From the NCBI RefSeq assembly GCF_964355755.1, contig NC_092671.1:26238070-26302069 (forward strand): a stretch of DNA of 64,000 nucleotides, given 5' to 3'. The notes beneath the pieces are model-generated. The model worked only from the letters and a program-made list of their open reading frames with translations. It was not told the origin of the DNA and made no database searches. This DNA is from Antedon mediterranea. Taxonomy: Eukaryota > Animalia > Echinodermata. Below, piece after piece: positions 12,660 through 26,494 of this stretch (position 1 is the first letter of the stretch; each line of letters starts with the position of its first letter). A program made the translations under genes and the position numbers.

Positions 12660-14467
12660 CCACCATTTAATAATAATAACATCCCTTCGAAACTACATTT
12701 TAATAATCAGTCAGCTTACACTGTAAAAGACAAAGCAAACTTACTTAATCAATTTTTTTTATTCTGTTTTTAGTCCTGTTAACAACGATTTGGATATTCC
12801 TAATCTTCCTGAATATCCCATTGATTGCTTATCTAAACTTGAGTTTAATCAGGAGGTTATAGAAAAGCACATTAATAAAATTGATTCTCATAAGGCTTCA
12901 GGTAATGATGGTCTAAGTAATATTGTTTTGTCTTTAGCTGCCAAACCTCTTTCTTTCCCTTGTAAAATTGTATTTGAAAAATGCATTTCTGAGAAACGTT
13001 TTCCGATAAAATGTAAGCAAGCTAACGTGTGCCCTATCTTTAAAGCTGGTTCTAAATCTGATGTAGGCCTACGCAATTATAGACCGGTTTCATTGTTGCC
13101 AACTATTTCTAAAGTATTTGAAAAAATTGTTCACGACCAAATTTTTAAACATATATCACCAGTTATCAACACGGATTTTACCCAGGAAGGTCTTGTGAAA
13201 CAAATTTGTCTGTTCTATTGTCACATGCGTATGACGCAATAAATGCAAAAGGGCAATGCGGAGTTGTATATACAGACATGGCTAAAGCCTTTGACAGGGT
13301 CTCCCATAAGTTGCTCTTGTTCAAACTTCAACAATTTGGTCTAAATCACGATTTAATTTACTTTTTACAAGTTATTTATCGGACAGGTTTCAGAGAGTCA
13401 CTTTTGATGGTAACGCGTCTGAATGGCTTCCAGTTTTAACTGGCGTGCCTCAGGGGTCTATTTTGGGGCCTCTTTTTTTCATTATGTTTATCAACGATTT
13501 TTCCTTTGTTCCTCGTCATTCTAATGTTCTTATGTTTGCTGACGATATTAAATTATTTAAGTCTATACAAACCTTAAATGATATTTTGTTGTTACAAGAA
13601 GACGTTGACAGACTCATTCACTGGTGCGACACTTGGAATATGTCGTCAATGCCTCTAAATGCAAATCAATGTCTTTTACTCTTAAGAAAAAACACATCTA
13701 TTTTGACTTTTATATTATACTTGAAAGAGTCTCTGTTCACAAAGACCTTGGTATTTTTTTAGATAGTTCATTAACCTTCTGTAAACGTATTGATTTTATA
13801 GTCTCTAAATGCAATAGACTTTAGGGTTTTCTTTGGAGACATTGCAGACATATTAACGATAAAAAGGCATTAGTTATTTTATACAAATCTTTAGTTAGGT
13901 CGAATCTTGAATTCTGCAGTGTTATTTTTAACTCTATTTCTCTTGCCCAGTCTTCTAGATTACAAAGTGTACAGAACAAGTTTTGTCGATTTTATGTGCG
14001 TAAGTTTGGTTCTATTAGCAAAGACGTTCTTATTAATTTAGCGGATAGGCGTAAGTTATTTGATTTAATTTTTTTTTTAAGGCTGTGAACTCAATTTTTC
14101 ATGGTAATTTTGAAGTGTACTTTCCTATTTCTGTTCCACAATATCAATTGCGTAATCCTGCTTTATTTTCTATATCAAGAGGGAGGGTAAATATTACTAA
14201 AAATGGTGTTGTTAATCGTTTGCCTAAGTTATACCACTCACTATGTAAAATAGATGGATCTGTTGATATTTTTTTTGATTACCTTGCTTGTTTCCGTCAC
14301 AAGGTTTTGTCTAATGTCAGTAATATTTAAATGTTGTCTTGTTATCTGTTGATTTTTGCTTGTATATAATTTGTTATATTTTACGACTTTCAACCCTGTT
14401 AATGGTGACGTTTGGTCACTGTAGGGTGATGATGAAATAAAATATTTTAAAAAAATAAAAAAAATAA
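12660..14467 (+). mobile_element. 5'-truncated, frameshifted LINE (CR1/Jockey-type RT) with A-rich tail
   Basis: KASGNDG, NYRPVSLLPTISKVFEKI, YTDMAKAFDRVSH, GVPQGSILGPLFF, FADD and KDLGIFLD across several frames; 3' stem-loop accctgt..ggtgac/gtcac..agggt (~14393-14427) then A-rich tail. Confidence 0.93.
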
Positions 14468-14803
14468 AGCTATTTTTTAGTTTCATTCCAAAATTGTTTA
14501 TATCTCTACCAAGCTACCTTGTTTTCTACTCTTATTCAGACTCCACCCTACCTCCTTTTGTTGTATTTCTTTTATTCCTGTCCACCCAGGCAGCACTTGC
14601 CAGCTCTTATACAGTACTATGACGTTATCCAAATTCCTTCACTTGCACTGATGAAGGGCTAGTGTTGCCCGAAAGCTCTGCTAACTTTTCTGGCTGTTTT
14701 ACTTTATCGTTTTGATTTACCTTTTCGCTTTTTTCAAATCTCCATTGAGATCCAGCCACCGATACCCACATCATTGTCATTTTTCAGTAACTTGCCTTTG
14801 GAT
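14468..14803 (+). mobile_element. Second (solo) copy of the Penelope pLTR
   Basis: Near-identical to 11941-12279 (aagct.ttttttagt.tcattccaaaattg...ttgcctttggat). Confidence 0.92.
14642..14684 (+). ncRNA. Minimal type I hammerhead ribozyme (copy 2)
   Basis: Core identical to copy 1: CTGATGA at 14648-14654, GAAA at 14671-14674; predicted cleavage after C14678. Confidence 0.85.
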
Positions 14804-16536
14804 AAAATTAATTTATTGATCTGTTTTGTTTGTTCTATTAGCAGTATCAGCAAATGTTGTCCTTGTGTGCTGATACTTTTATATTTAAGTAACATCTTTT
14901 GTATTATTAATATAATAATAACAAAAACAAAAATCATATATAAAGCAAAACTAATAACCCGAGTTCGGAATAAAAGACGTGATTTCTCCGAAAATTACAT
15001 TTTTGAAAATAAGTGTCTGAGCAAAAACATAAAAAAGGTGGATGCAAATTGCACACGTAGAATCAGTTTGCCCTACAGTTAGGTCTAGTGTATTTGTACT
15101 TCATTATTTCCTTCCTTGTACATGCACGTGATCAACGTTTACCAACGACATAGATGGCGCACTTTGTATTATGTGTTATGATTTTGAATCAAAGTAGTCC
15201 TACTAGACTAGAGTACAGTTTCTTATTATAAACACATGAAAATATTTTCCTAAATTAACGTTTTTTCAGATAGTTGGAATAGAAAAGGAATGTCAATCCC
15301 CGTACACGCTAAATCTAAATGTCGGTATCTCTGACGCAGCCTTTGAGTCCAATGCGATTAAAGGATTATTTTGGTATACGTAGTATCATTATAGGCTTTG
15401 TAATATTAGGTAAATGCGAGGGGAAATTTTGGTATATGGATAGAAAATGATGCTAGAAGATAAAGCGAATATTATATATAACAGGTAACCTGTTATATTA
15501 GAATAGTTTTTGAATAGTTTAATTTGTATGATATTATCTTGTCATTTATTTGGTTGATGATACAGATATATTTAACTCGAGTGATAAGTAGAAGTAATAG
15601 TATTACACTTATGGTTTGTGAGTACAAAAATTATGAAATAATGATTATGACACTGTTATAGTGATATTGATAATTAATATGAAGGAGCACAATAGTGGAA
15701 ATACCGATTATTAAACGAGTATAATGATTATACTATGTTTACGGTAACGGTGGTAACAATATTAACACAATTATTAATATTTATAGTTTCCAATAGGGTT
15801 TAATGGATGCGTTGCCTCGGTTTGGTTGGTAGTGTAAATGTTTTCCAAACATACATTCAAAAGATTACAAAGGCAAGTTCACTAACCATGTTATACAGAT
15901 GTTATTACGCTACTAATTAATAGTTTGTTTGATAAAAACATTTTAGATTTAATATTCGTTAGTTTAACATAAACAAACAAAAAACATTGTTTATACTATA
16001 TAATGTACATAAATAATTTAAAAACAAACCAAAAAGTCCACAATAATTAATCAGAATACAATAAGATTACAAGCAATCAAATACCTTCTTTGAACCAAAA
16101 ATGCTGAGTAGTATTGATTTTTAAAATTTTAAACTAGTAAACATGTATTAGAGACTTTTTTGTACACTGTGTGCTCGGCAGTGGTAGTGCTCAAATTAAC
16201 GAACAAGCAATATGTATTTGAAATAAATAAAATACCACCTACCTCGCCAGTTTCTCATCGTATGCATAATGTAATAGCTGGAAAATCCAATGTCTACACA
16301 AAAATGTGTATTTCTTTAATAATTGAGAAAAATTGTAGTATGAAATACAATACGTGTGTTGCAGATTAGACAATGTGTATACTGTACTTAGGTTTGTGTA
16401 ACAAACTGTTAACATTACATTCATTGCCGCCCTCTATTTATTCAAAACTAGTATACGTCTAAGTTTAACTACTGGTGGGTGTCAATTTCATTTTTAGAAA
16501 AAAATCTCTGTACTAATAGTATGGACAGAAGAGTTG

Positions 16537-16985
16537 AAATGTGAACACTATCAGTAGACGATATTATACAATGTCCATGTAGGCAAAGAAGACACAATAA
16601 ACGAAACTAAATATTGTAGGAAGATTTTAATAATACACAAAAGAGAGACACCAAATTATGTATGTGAACATTTTGGAAAGAAATTCAACCATAATGGGAA
16701 TTTTAAAACGCATTTGAGAATACACACAGAAAAGACACCGTATGAATTTGAACGTTGTAGGAAGAAATTTACACAAAATGGGAAGTTGAAAAAACTATTG
16801 TTAGAATACACACGAGAAATCTAGAGACACCAAATGAATGTGAACATTGTTGCAAAAAAATGTAAACGTACAAAATAAAGATTTGAAAACGCATGTGGGA
16901 AGAAACTTATACAAAATGGGAATTTAAAAAAAACATATTTTGAGAAAAGACACAAGAGAGACGCACAGTATAAGAATATGAATTT
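16537..16985 (+). pseudogene. Decayed tandem C2H2 zinc-finger array
   Basis: From 16663: CEHFGKKFNHNGNFKTHLRIHTEKTPYEFERCRKKFTQNGKL; then RIHT..ETPNECEHCCKK in another frame. HTGEKPY-like linkers, lost Cys residues, frameshifts and stops. Confidence 0.85.
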
Positions 16986-18049
16986 GGAATGTATACCGTC
17001 ACAAATTCAATAGGCCTACCTTTAAAAATCCTGTACATGCATTTAGAAAACTGTGTTATGTACACACATAAGTACATAGCTGTTAATTATTCATAGACGT
17101 AGTGTCTATTGTGGTAGTTAATGAGACTGAATTTTAATTAATGAATTGACGAGCAAATAAATACAATGTTTGCCTATATTATGTAGTACTGTCAATAACT
17201 TATGTTAAATTAAGTTGGGTTTGTCAGTATCATCACTAATGATAATCCAATTACATTACAAGTTTTTAGGCTATATTGCAAAGAAGAGTACTCTATTTTA
17301 CATTTTTAAATCTTTTATAATAATTAACTTTCTTCTTTTGATTAGAAATAGTTTAGTTTTTGTTCAATATAGTTTGACTTGCAAGTTCAACTTTTATGGT
17401 AGTATCTTTTATGGTAGTATCTTTTATGGTAATATCTTTTCGTATTTCAACTGTAAGCCGAGTGGGCTTGTTTTGTCTACTCTTTTTTTTAAAGGGTGCA
17501 TACTGATTATTAATTATTAAGTAATTGTAGATTATTGAGTCGTTATTATTTCTTTAATTTGATAGTTAGAAAATAATTCATGTATGTCATTAGTAGCCCT
17601 AACCATGACTTTATTTATTTTTATTTTATTTCACATTTACATCCACCAGCCAAGGCCAATAACAGGATGTTTTAAAGAAACAATATAAATATAATATATA
17701 ATACAACAACAAGAAGACAACAACAACAGGCAGAAAGGCAAAGGTTACGAATAAAAAAACGGTTAAAATTGTAAAAATTAAGGGTAAACGAACGCTCGCT
17801 ATAAACAAGAAAGGGCAACTTACAAAGGACAACTGATGGTTAACAATTGATTAAATGTTTTAAACGGGTTTTATAAAATTAAGTAAATTATCCTCACTGT
17901 TTTTCTTACTTTTACTCTATATTGTACAGTGACCTAAACGTAAATAGACATTTTCATCATTTAAAAAAAATACGTAAAATAAAATTAACACAGTGAATTA
18001 GAGCTTGGCCATGACAATCTTACATATTTATTATTATTTTATCCCTTAT

Positions 18050-18240
18050 ACTTAATACTGGATAGCCTCTTCAGACTGTCCTTCCACAGGGCCTAGGGTA
18101 TAGTACTATGATTAGTTTGTGAGAGTGGCTGTGTGTGAACTAGTTCGTCGGTGTAACACCCTATTCGTCTCGAAAGATTTACTAGGTTCTTTAAAGTGCA
18201 CATGAACCAGATGTGAACACTGGACCTACGGTTTATATGG
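18050..18240 (-). mobile_element. SINE with Deu/Nin-like central domain (minus copy)
   Basis: Reverse complement of the 50770-50960 element (gtgcactttaaagaacctagta.atctttcgagacga.taggg). Confidence 0.75.
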
Positions 18241-18544
18241 TACAGTATATTATAGGCTTTAAGCTTTTAGTATCTCATGTCAAGCCAATAATTGTTTTCA
18301 CATGCCTCTTTTACAAGAGCAAAGGTTTAGCCTTCCTCGCCGTTTGTGATTATCTTAGAAATGTTTTAATCAGTTTTTGTAGTACAGCAAAATCTACCTA
18401 TACCATACGGCGCAAAAAACACCAACCACAAGCACTCTAATTGTGTTCGTGTGTTGCTTTCTACTTGAGTTCATTATGTATCATTAGTTTCCTCATTTCC
18501 ACTGCAAGTTATGGCTAATTGTTAATTAAAGTATTTTTGTAAAG

Positions 18545-18800
18545 AATAGCGTCCTCTCTTTGCCAATCAAGATTTGCGTATTTTGCATGGAAAGCATAGC
18601 GTCCTCAAGTTGAAATAATTCTGCATGGTTTGCTGCTTATGTTGGCATGTATTGTGTATTTTGGCAAAGCATAGCGCCCTCAGGTTGACAAATTTCTGTA
18701 TGGTTTGCATATTTTGGAATGTATTGTGTATTTTGGCAAAGCATAGCGCCCTCAATTTGCCTTTTTTGGCAAAATGTTTGGGTATTTTGGCATGATGCTA
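18545..18800. repeat. Degenerate tandem repeat (~72-77 bp) containing ttttggcaaagcatagcgccctca
   Basis: Motif recurs at ~18545, 18590, 18660 and 18735. Confidence 0.75.
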
Positions 18801-19963
18801 ACCAACACTAATATAATTGAATATAAACTAAATACAGTGTTTTATATATTTGTCATTACTTAATACATGTCATAATACATAATGAGAACAAATCCTTATA
18901 ATGATTCAAGATAAAAGGATTAGCAGAAAATTAATGGAATAAGTTTACTTTAGAACAGATGTTGAATAAAACCATTCAACATTTATTTTTTTTAATTTAT
19001 TTATTTCGGAATAAAAATATAATACAAAAAGCAGCAAAAGTTGAAAGCATTGTATGTACATACTAAAAATATAAAACAGACAAAATCAATACAGTATTAT
19101 GCAATAACAAAACCCATATAAAAATACCATTAAACAAAATAAAGACAAGTGTGAGATCCTATTGCACAAAAATGAAGATCTTATGAATATAGAAGGAAAT
19201 GGCGAACATACGTTCATAATCGAGATGCTTTACAGTGCTGTTTCAATGAGGCGGATTTGGAGGGCCGGTCAGGTACCTACTGGAGTAGGGGCGTCAACGC
19301 GAGTTCACAAATAAAAAGCAATAGTCTAAATAATCCATTATGATTGGTAAAATCACTTGTGCTGCGTCACGAGTATAGTGGATAAAAGGTGGTGGCTATG
19401 ATGATAATGATGACGATGTCGTCAAAGGTAGCCCCGTTGCTAATTCCCAGTGACTATACACATTTCATCAACAGTTATACACATAATAAACAGTATATTT
19501 AAAACACACACGGTACATTTATTGTATTGACAATAACGATATCCTCGAGACCCAAACGGTACGATAAGTATGTGTATGCTTCGCATTTTTATAAAGATTT
19601 AAAAAATTGGGGGAAAATGAATACGCATAAATTCATTCAACATATTGACGGAATACCTAATTATTTTGATCATTTAATACGTAACACAAATCTTTGCTTT
19701 CAGACCAACATCAGAAAATTGTCTGTGTTTTGGATTGGTTTCAATGATTAGTTTACAATAGGTAAGATAAGATTACTGCAATTAAAGATGAACATATTTT
19801 ATAAATACTATTGAAAACTGCAAGAAAAATTGTTATCAACACAGCCTACATTGATTATAAAATAAGAACATTTTCCTTTAGCTTAAAACCATCCATATTA
19901 TGATTTTCATTTAACTATTCCTCATTATAGGCTACACACGCTTTAAGAAAACTCAACCCAGTC

Positions 19964-20782
19964 TATGGAACGCCGTTTACGCAACATTTTGATGATATGA
20001 ATTTTTTGACGCGATGTGAATGAAATGCATCGATATGAATTGAATGGCGCGATATATGAATGAAATGTTTTGAATTGAATGCTTTGAATTGAATGTTTTG
20101 AATGAAATGTTGTGAATGAAATGTTTTGAATTGAATGTTTTGAATAAAATGTTTTGAATAAAATGTTTTGAACGAAATGTTTTGAATGAAATGTTTTGAA
20201 TGAAATGTTTTGAATGAAATGTTTGAATTGAATTGAAAAGTCAAACTATTGGCGGCTTATGTCATTCCCGCTCGCGATTTTGTTTTAACCTCTTAGGCCT
20301 AAGCCTGGGTACCCTCATCTCCTTTCCACGCTGTCATCAATATGGATCCTTTACAGAGAATCCTAACAGACATGAAACATTGGAATACATATTTCCGAAC
20401 CCAGGTCTGTTAGGATTCTCTGTAAAGGCAGCGTGGAGATGAGGGTACCCACGCTTAGGCCTAAGAGGTTGAAAAAAAAATCGCGAGCGGGAATGACATA
20501 CGCCACCAATAGTTTGAATTTTCAATTCAATTCAAACATTTCATTCACAACATTTCATTTAAAACATTTAATTCAAAACATTTCATTCAAAACATTGCAT
20601 TCAAAACAATTTATTCAAAACATTTCATTCAAAACATTTCATTCAAAACATTCAATTCAAAGCATTCAATTCAAAACATTTCATTCATATATCGCGCCAT
20701 TCAATTCATATCGATGCATTTCATTCACATATCGCGTCATAAAATTCATATCATTGAAATGTTGCGTAAACGGCGTTCCATA
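19964..20782. mobile_element. Non-autonomous foldback DNA transposon, IS3EU-like (TATGG...CCATA termini, 6-bp TSD)
   Basis: ccagtc|TATGGAACGCCGTTTACGCAAC...GTTGCGTAAACGGCGTTCCATA|ccagtc; ~390-bp inverted arms with internal tgaatgaaatgtttt subrepeats. Confidence 0.85.
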
Positions 20783-23700
20783 CCAGTCTGTATCTCGAGT
20801 TTCATAGAACAATTCTATTATAATACAGCAGCACATGTGTTTCAAATGTACCGATGGGTATCGATCGTGGACCATAGCCGAACTCTTAATCCAACCTTCC
20901 ATGAAACAGGCATCACATGTGGGCATATTTCCGTATTGTATGTAGTATAGAGATACATCACTGATAATTATATACTAATGACGTTTCAAGCATTTGCACA
21001 TGTGTACATTATAATAATTATTACACTAGCAATTATACCCAATCAAAATTAGTTTAAAGCATTCTTAGTACATAACACCCGACGCCAGTATCTCCCTATA
21101 CTCACCAGCTCCACCCTTCTTCAATAACAGCCGAAAAAAGCCCCAAATTCTTCCCAGGACAAATTTTAAGTATGTTGTAAATGAATAGGTGTCTGATTGG
21201 TTGATAATTAAAATATCTAATTTTGATACTGCGGCCCCAGCCTTCTTTCTCCTCTCACCATCCCAGCCACAAACAACAAACCTTAACTCTACCCCAGGAC
21301 AGTTCAAATGTAGTACCTTTTCCTAGTACAATTCCAATAATATACTTCATTACGCCAGTATCTCCGCTCCCTCTACTCCATCCCAACACACCCCAGATAT
21401 TGGGTGATGTGTTTAAGACGGTTCCAGTACAAATTATGGTAGCCATTACTCCCATCCCTCAGTGGCAGTTTTGAAATATAGTTTAAAACATTCCCGGTAC
21501 AACTGCGATCATTTTGATACCCATATGTATGGTTACATGCAGACACAGACATTGTGTAACGAACAAACATCGAAAGTAGAGAAAAGTTGGCCATTGTGAC
21601 CAAATGTTGGCCCCTAACTTGTATCCTAGATGGCGGATGATGTTTAAATATAGTACCCGATACAATTTGATACCGCATATGTAAGGTTACGTGCAGTAAC
21701 ACAAATTTGTATAACGAACAAACAAACAGACAAACGTACAAACTCGCTCACTTATAATATAGATAAAATAGTTTGTAAAAAATGTAGGCCTACTACATAT
21801 TTTATATTTTGTTAATCGAATATTACACTGTTTCAATATGTTACTCTGACAATAGTCCATTTTACAGACCATACTCACACTATGCTCTGGTATGCTAAGT
21901 ATTCGTTCAGAGGATACGAGGTTTGTTATTTTTTTATGAGAAAGTTTGCCATCAGACAGTATTAGAACTAGGAGTTGTACCCTCTTATATTGGCTATTAG
22001 GCCGAACTTTTTAAAAGATTTCACTCTATCGCTAATGTAGGCCTAGACTTAATAGGTGACATGTGAAATTGTCCTTTGTGCGAATCAGCGTTTTTCAAAA
22101 CAAGCCAGATATTGTTAAATACTTACGTGACTTTAAACTATTACTTACATATTGTATTTAACCTAGCAGGCGGCTAACACGTAAACTTGTTACTTTTGGT
22201 TCCTAATTTTAATCATAGTTGGTAATATTATTCTTTTCCCAACTGTAGTTTTAACTTAGCCTGCATGTTTCAAATTAACAAGACCAGTTTTAGTCAAAAC
22301 AATGTTAGATTAAGACATGTTAAATATTACTTTTTCATGCGTACCTTTAATTAAGTTAAAAATAAAAATAGTTCAGTTAAGGCTTTATTTTTTTAAATTA
22401 AATTGTGTGTATTGATATTGTTTCTTCTCTTCAAAACTTCTTTATACAAAAGTCACTATTAATTATAATAAATAATAATAATAATTGCATAATTTATTTG
22501 ATAAAAAAAATCAATTCGAAACAATATGTTCCAGCTACGATGTATGAGAGATGGAGATTATTATAGGATTAAAAAGTAACTGTCGAATCCTGTCAGCCTA
22601 ATAGGGATAAACATTTCTACACTCAGAATGCTACTATTTCAACTACTTGTCGCATAATAATTATGCGAAAAGTAGAATTAAATCACTGTGGTGTGTGATC
22701 AGTCGAATAAGTATTTTAGAAAATACATACCTCTCCTGGATAAAAACATAAAGTTCGACTAGATTTAATAAATTAATAAAACATTATTGCGACTGCATTT
22801 AGGTTGATTAAACTTTTTTTTAATATTTTATTTAAACATTTACCATTTCAACAATATGGCAGAGCAGTACAAAGCGCTGGTCAACTTGTACGTAAATGCT
22901 CTGCTTTTTTTGTATGAGTCTGTACATATATATATATATATTTTTTTTAAATCAGTAGTTTATTTGCATTTATAATTTCGGTTATATGAATATTTTCTAA
23001 AATTGTAATTTTAACAATCGTTTGACCAGACTGTAACCAAGAAAAGTCTTTGCGAAACTTCGTATACATAGGCCTACATTGTATTTCTTTTTTTTTATTG
23101 AATCAACCAAAAAGAAAATTCACTCCTCCTATGAAATTATTTCAAGGACGTTATCGTAATTAACCAATACAATGTCAAGGATAAACTTGGGTTATGGGTT
23201 ATAATACACAATGGCTTCTTTCAAATTGAATACCTCTTTAATTAAACTGTTTTTATAATAATGTGATGATGATGATGATGATGATTAGTCGCTGGCTTTA
23301 TCGTAATAACTAAAGAAACTGCATACTGATCGCGTGATACTTTTATAAAGAAACAAGAAAATGAATACAATAGTAATAAATGATGGTTCGTATAACTACC
23401 GAATCTGAAATTATTTTTGGAGACTTTTTTCAGATAAACGTTAACGTTTTAAGACATATCCTATTGTGTCATATGTATTCGATTCCAGTTCTTATAAAAG
23501 AATGCTATTATCATTCAACTTCATTAAACTATATACTTCGTCGCTGCTGATAAAGAAACATACATAATGAAGAATCTATTCATTTTCTTTTTTGCAAATA
23601 ATTGTATACGTTGATGTTCCGTTTTGTCAGTCAGTAATGCATAAAAGTAGGTGCTTTTTATAGTACTTAATAGCAATTGATATTTAGGATAAGACATTCT

Positions 23701-24837
23701 ATTATCAGTCTATACGACTGATACTATAACTGGACATTATTTTATTGTATATTTATCCATTCATTCGTCATCGGATTGTAACGCAACAAGGCTTGGATCA
23801 ATTTTCTTGCGTTTGACGATTTACTCTTAACTGCTTCGTCTTTCAATTTCAATGTTAAGACCCTGTGGTCTTTTGCTCGAAAATATGAATTTTTGCAAAA
23901 AAATATTGTTAAGTCGCTTCCGTAACAGTTAATTGTTTACTATGGACTAACGACGTCGGGCTAATCGGCGAAGCGAGAAGGATGTTACTACAATATTTGC
24001 AAAACAATGGAAAATGTCATTTAATAATATGATAAATCAAAGACGAAATCACATAATTGCTTATTATGAACTTCTCTAGCAGGTACCCGTCCAGTAAGCC
24101 TCTTATATCTATAGAAATCTATCGGAATGCTATAGTGTTAATTATGCATGTTCAGTTTATTAACGTAAAATGGCAAACATTGAAACCTATTTATTTTTAC
24201 CTATGTTATTAATCAAAAATCTTAATTATAAGGACTTGACCATTCATAGAAGCCTAACGTTTAATTAAAAGTACGTGTCAAATGTAATAAGAGATGCCTT
24301 ATAGTGCCGGATATGGTACAAGAGACTAGGAACCAAATTTTAATGATCTTTGAAACAATTTCTTTTAACAGCAATTAAGTATAACACATATAAATTGATC
24401 CAACGTATTGCCATTGTATTTTGTTGTTTTCTTATATTAATATTATTTTGGAGAAAGTTAAAGTTCAGTTTTGTCATATGATGACTTTTCGCAAATTGTT
24501 CCCACTCTCGTAGGTCATGAAAAATGACGGTTTGAAATTTTAAAAAAAAATCTTAAAACCATGTTCTCGTTAATGCTTTAACCATCGTCAGTGATAAAGA
24601 CAGCGACAAAATGAACCAACAGTAAACGTTTCTAGCTTGCTTAATATACGAATAAAATGTGACATTGTGACTTTGCAATTGTTTACCTTACTATTAATTA
24701 CCCTTTCCGTTACGGAACGGTATACGGTTCCGTTTATTAAATCATGAAAATAATTATAACAAATTTACCATTCTGTGAAGCAGAAAATGTAAATAGGCCT
24801 ACAGCTTAAACAATGTCATTAGACATAAGAGAAAATT

Positions 24838-25010
24838 ATTTATACAAACAATTAATGTTTATGAGTGGAATGGTACAAATAATACCATGAGGTGAATGAT
24901 GATATTTCAATGAGGTGAAGCAAAGTTTGAATATAACCTTTCATCATTCACAGAATGGCATTATTTTTACCATTCCACGAATATAAACATTCATTATTTG
25001 TTTTAAATAA
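24838..25010. mobile_element. Palindromic non-autonomous element
   Basis: aaacaattaatgtttat..gtggaatggta.aaataat.ccat mirrored by atggcattatttttaccattccac..ataaacatt..tttgttt around a gaggtgaagc core. Confidence 0.6.
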
Positions 25011-25185
25011 CATCTAAATAGATTCCAGTCATTTCAATAAAAGGTATGCCTACATTTGATTCACATCTCAACAGAGTAACATTTTAACATTAAATTTAAC
25101 ATTTCAAAACAATTATATATTAAATTATATTTAAATATTATATTTATTTAGATTTTATAAACACACCTACTGTAGTGTTAATTAT

Positions 25186-25810
25186 TTTGATTTGATTTGA
25201 TTTATTCAATATCGGCATAACATAAAAATACAAAAAGAAACAAAAAGCAAGGATTGTCGAAAGCGAACCCAATCACTCTTTAAAGACTTTCCTTTAACAG
25301 AAATAAAATATGACGGGGGGAAAAGGCAAAATAAAGAAAAAAATGATAAAATAAATTTAAATCTAAGACTGAAATCAAACGGAAGAGAGACAAGGAGAGG
25401 AGAAATCAGGAATGGAAATAGTGTTGGAGAAGACTAGTCACAAAATCTCGAAACCAGCCAAGGAGAGCAAGGTCTCTTAAATCTGAGGGAAGACCATTCC
25501 AAAGTTTACAGAATCTAGGAAAAAGTGAGGATTGAAAACAGACAGTTCGAGTAAAGGGTGGCCTGAATAGAAGATCAAAGTGTGACGAGAAATAGAAGAA
25601 AAAAAGGAAGAAACATCGAGATCAATGATAGTGTATAAACATTTGACAACAAAGATAATAGTTTGGAAATCAATTCGAGAAGTCAAAGAATGAAGATGAG
25701 GGAGAGCTAATCTTTCGGCGTAAGTAGGACGTTCAAAGTGTTTACCAGGAAAAGAGTATCTTGTAAGAATGCATTGAGGTTTTTCAAGGAGAGTAACGAC
25801 GAGCGACCAA
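25186..25810 (-). mobile_element. 3' end of a LINE (CR1/Jockey-type RT C-terminus + tail)
   Basis: Minus ORF segment RPTYAERLALPHLHSLTSRIDFQTIIFVVKCL; (TCAAA)n tail at 25186-25206 on the minus strand. Confidence 0.75.
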
Positions 25811-26494
25811 ACAATCCTGGGCCTAGCCAGGCCTATTACTAGACTAGAAAGGCACTGATACATTACGAAACATCGCCAGGCAATTGAAACAGATCTGAGG
25901 TAATTCTGTTTTTTCCAAGGATTCCACGTCTTGTAGAGTTGTTCCCATTCAAAATCATACAAACGATTAAAATCTAATTTGAATGAGTTTTATGTTCTTT
26001 TTTGGTTAAATAGTGTATACTTTTGCACGCCATGTGACCCACAGTCGTTCAATCAAATGACAGGAATTGATTTAGGTGTTATATAGATACAATAATAAAT
26101 GACGTTCTCCAGATGGAATAAGGATAGGTGAGGATCTATAACATGTCTAGAAGGAAGTGGTACGAAGCAGTTGATAAATATGTCTTTAGAGAATCATAGA
26201 TTTTCTTTTACTAAAACTAACATGCTCACTATGTTATAAAACACTGAGAAAAATGAAATTGAATTCTATTAATAATCTGTAACTGATTTTCATTGACTGA
26301 AGCCATTGAATAATTGAGAAAAGTACGTGTCAAGTACAAGTGTGAATCAAGACTGTCGGCATAACAATATTATTATATATCGTATTGGTTTAAGTAGATA
26401 ACCCTCTACATAAGGTATCATTCATACTAACGGTTACCGTAACTAGGTCACTTACTGTAAGTTGGGCGTGTTACAACCGTTAATTTAGAAAACG

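Noticed and set aside
17092-17110. catagacgtagtgtctatt as a third P-like footprint
   Set aside because: Imperfect end and no flanking direct repeat.
19963-20807. ORFs with FKTFHSKHFIQNI repeats on both strands
   Set aside because: Translations of the foldback's 15-bp subrepeats.
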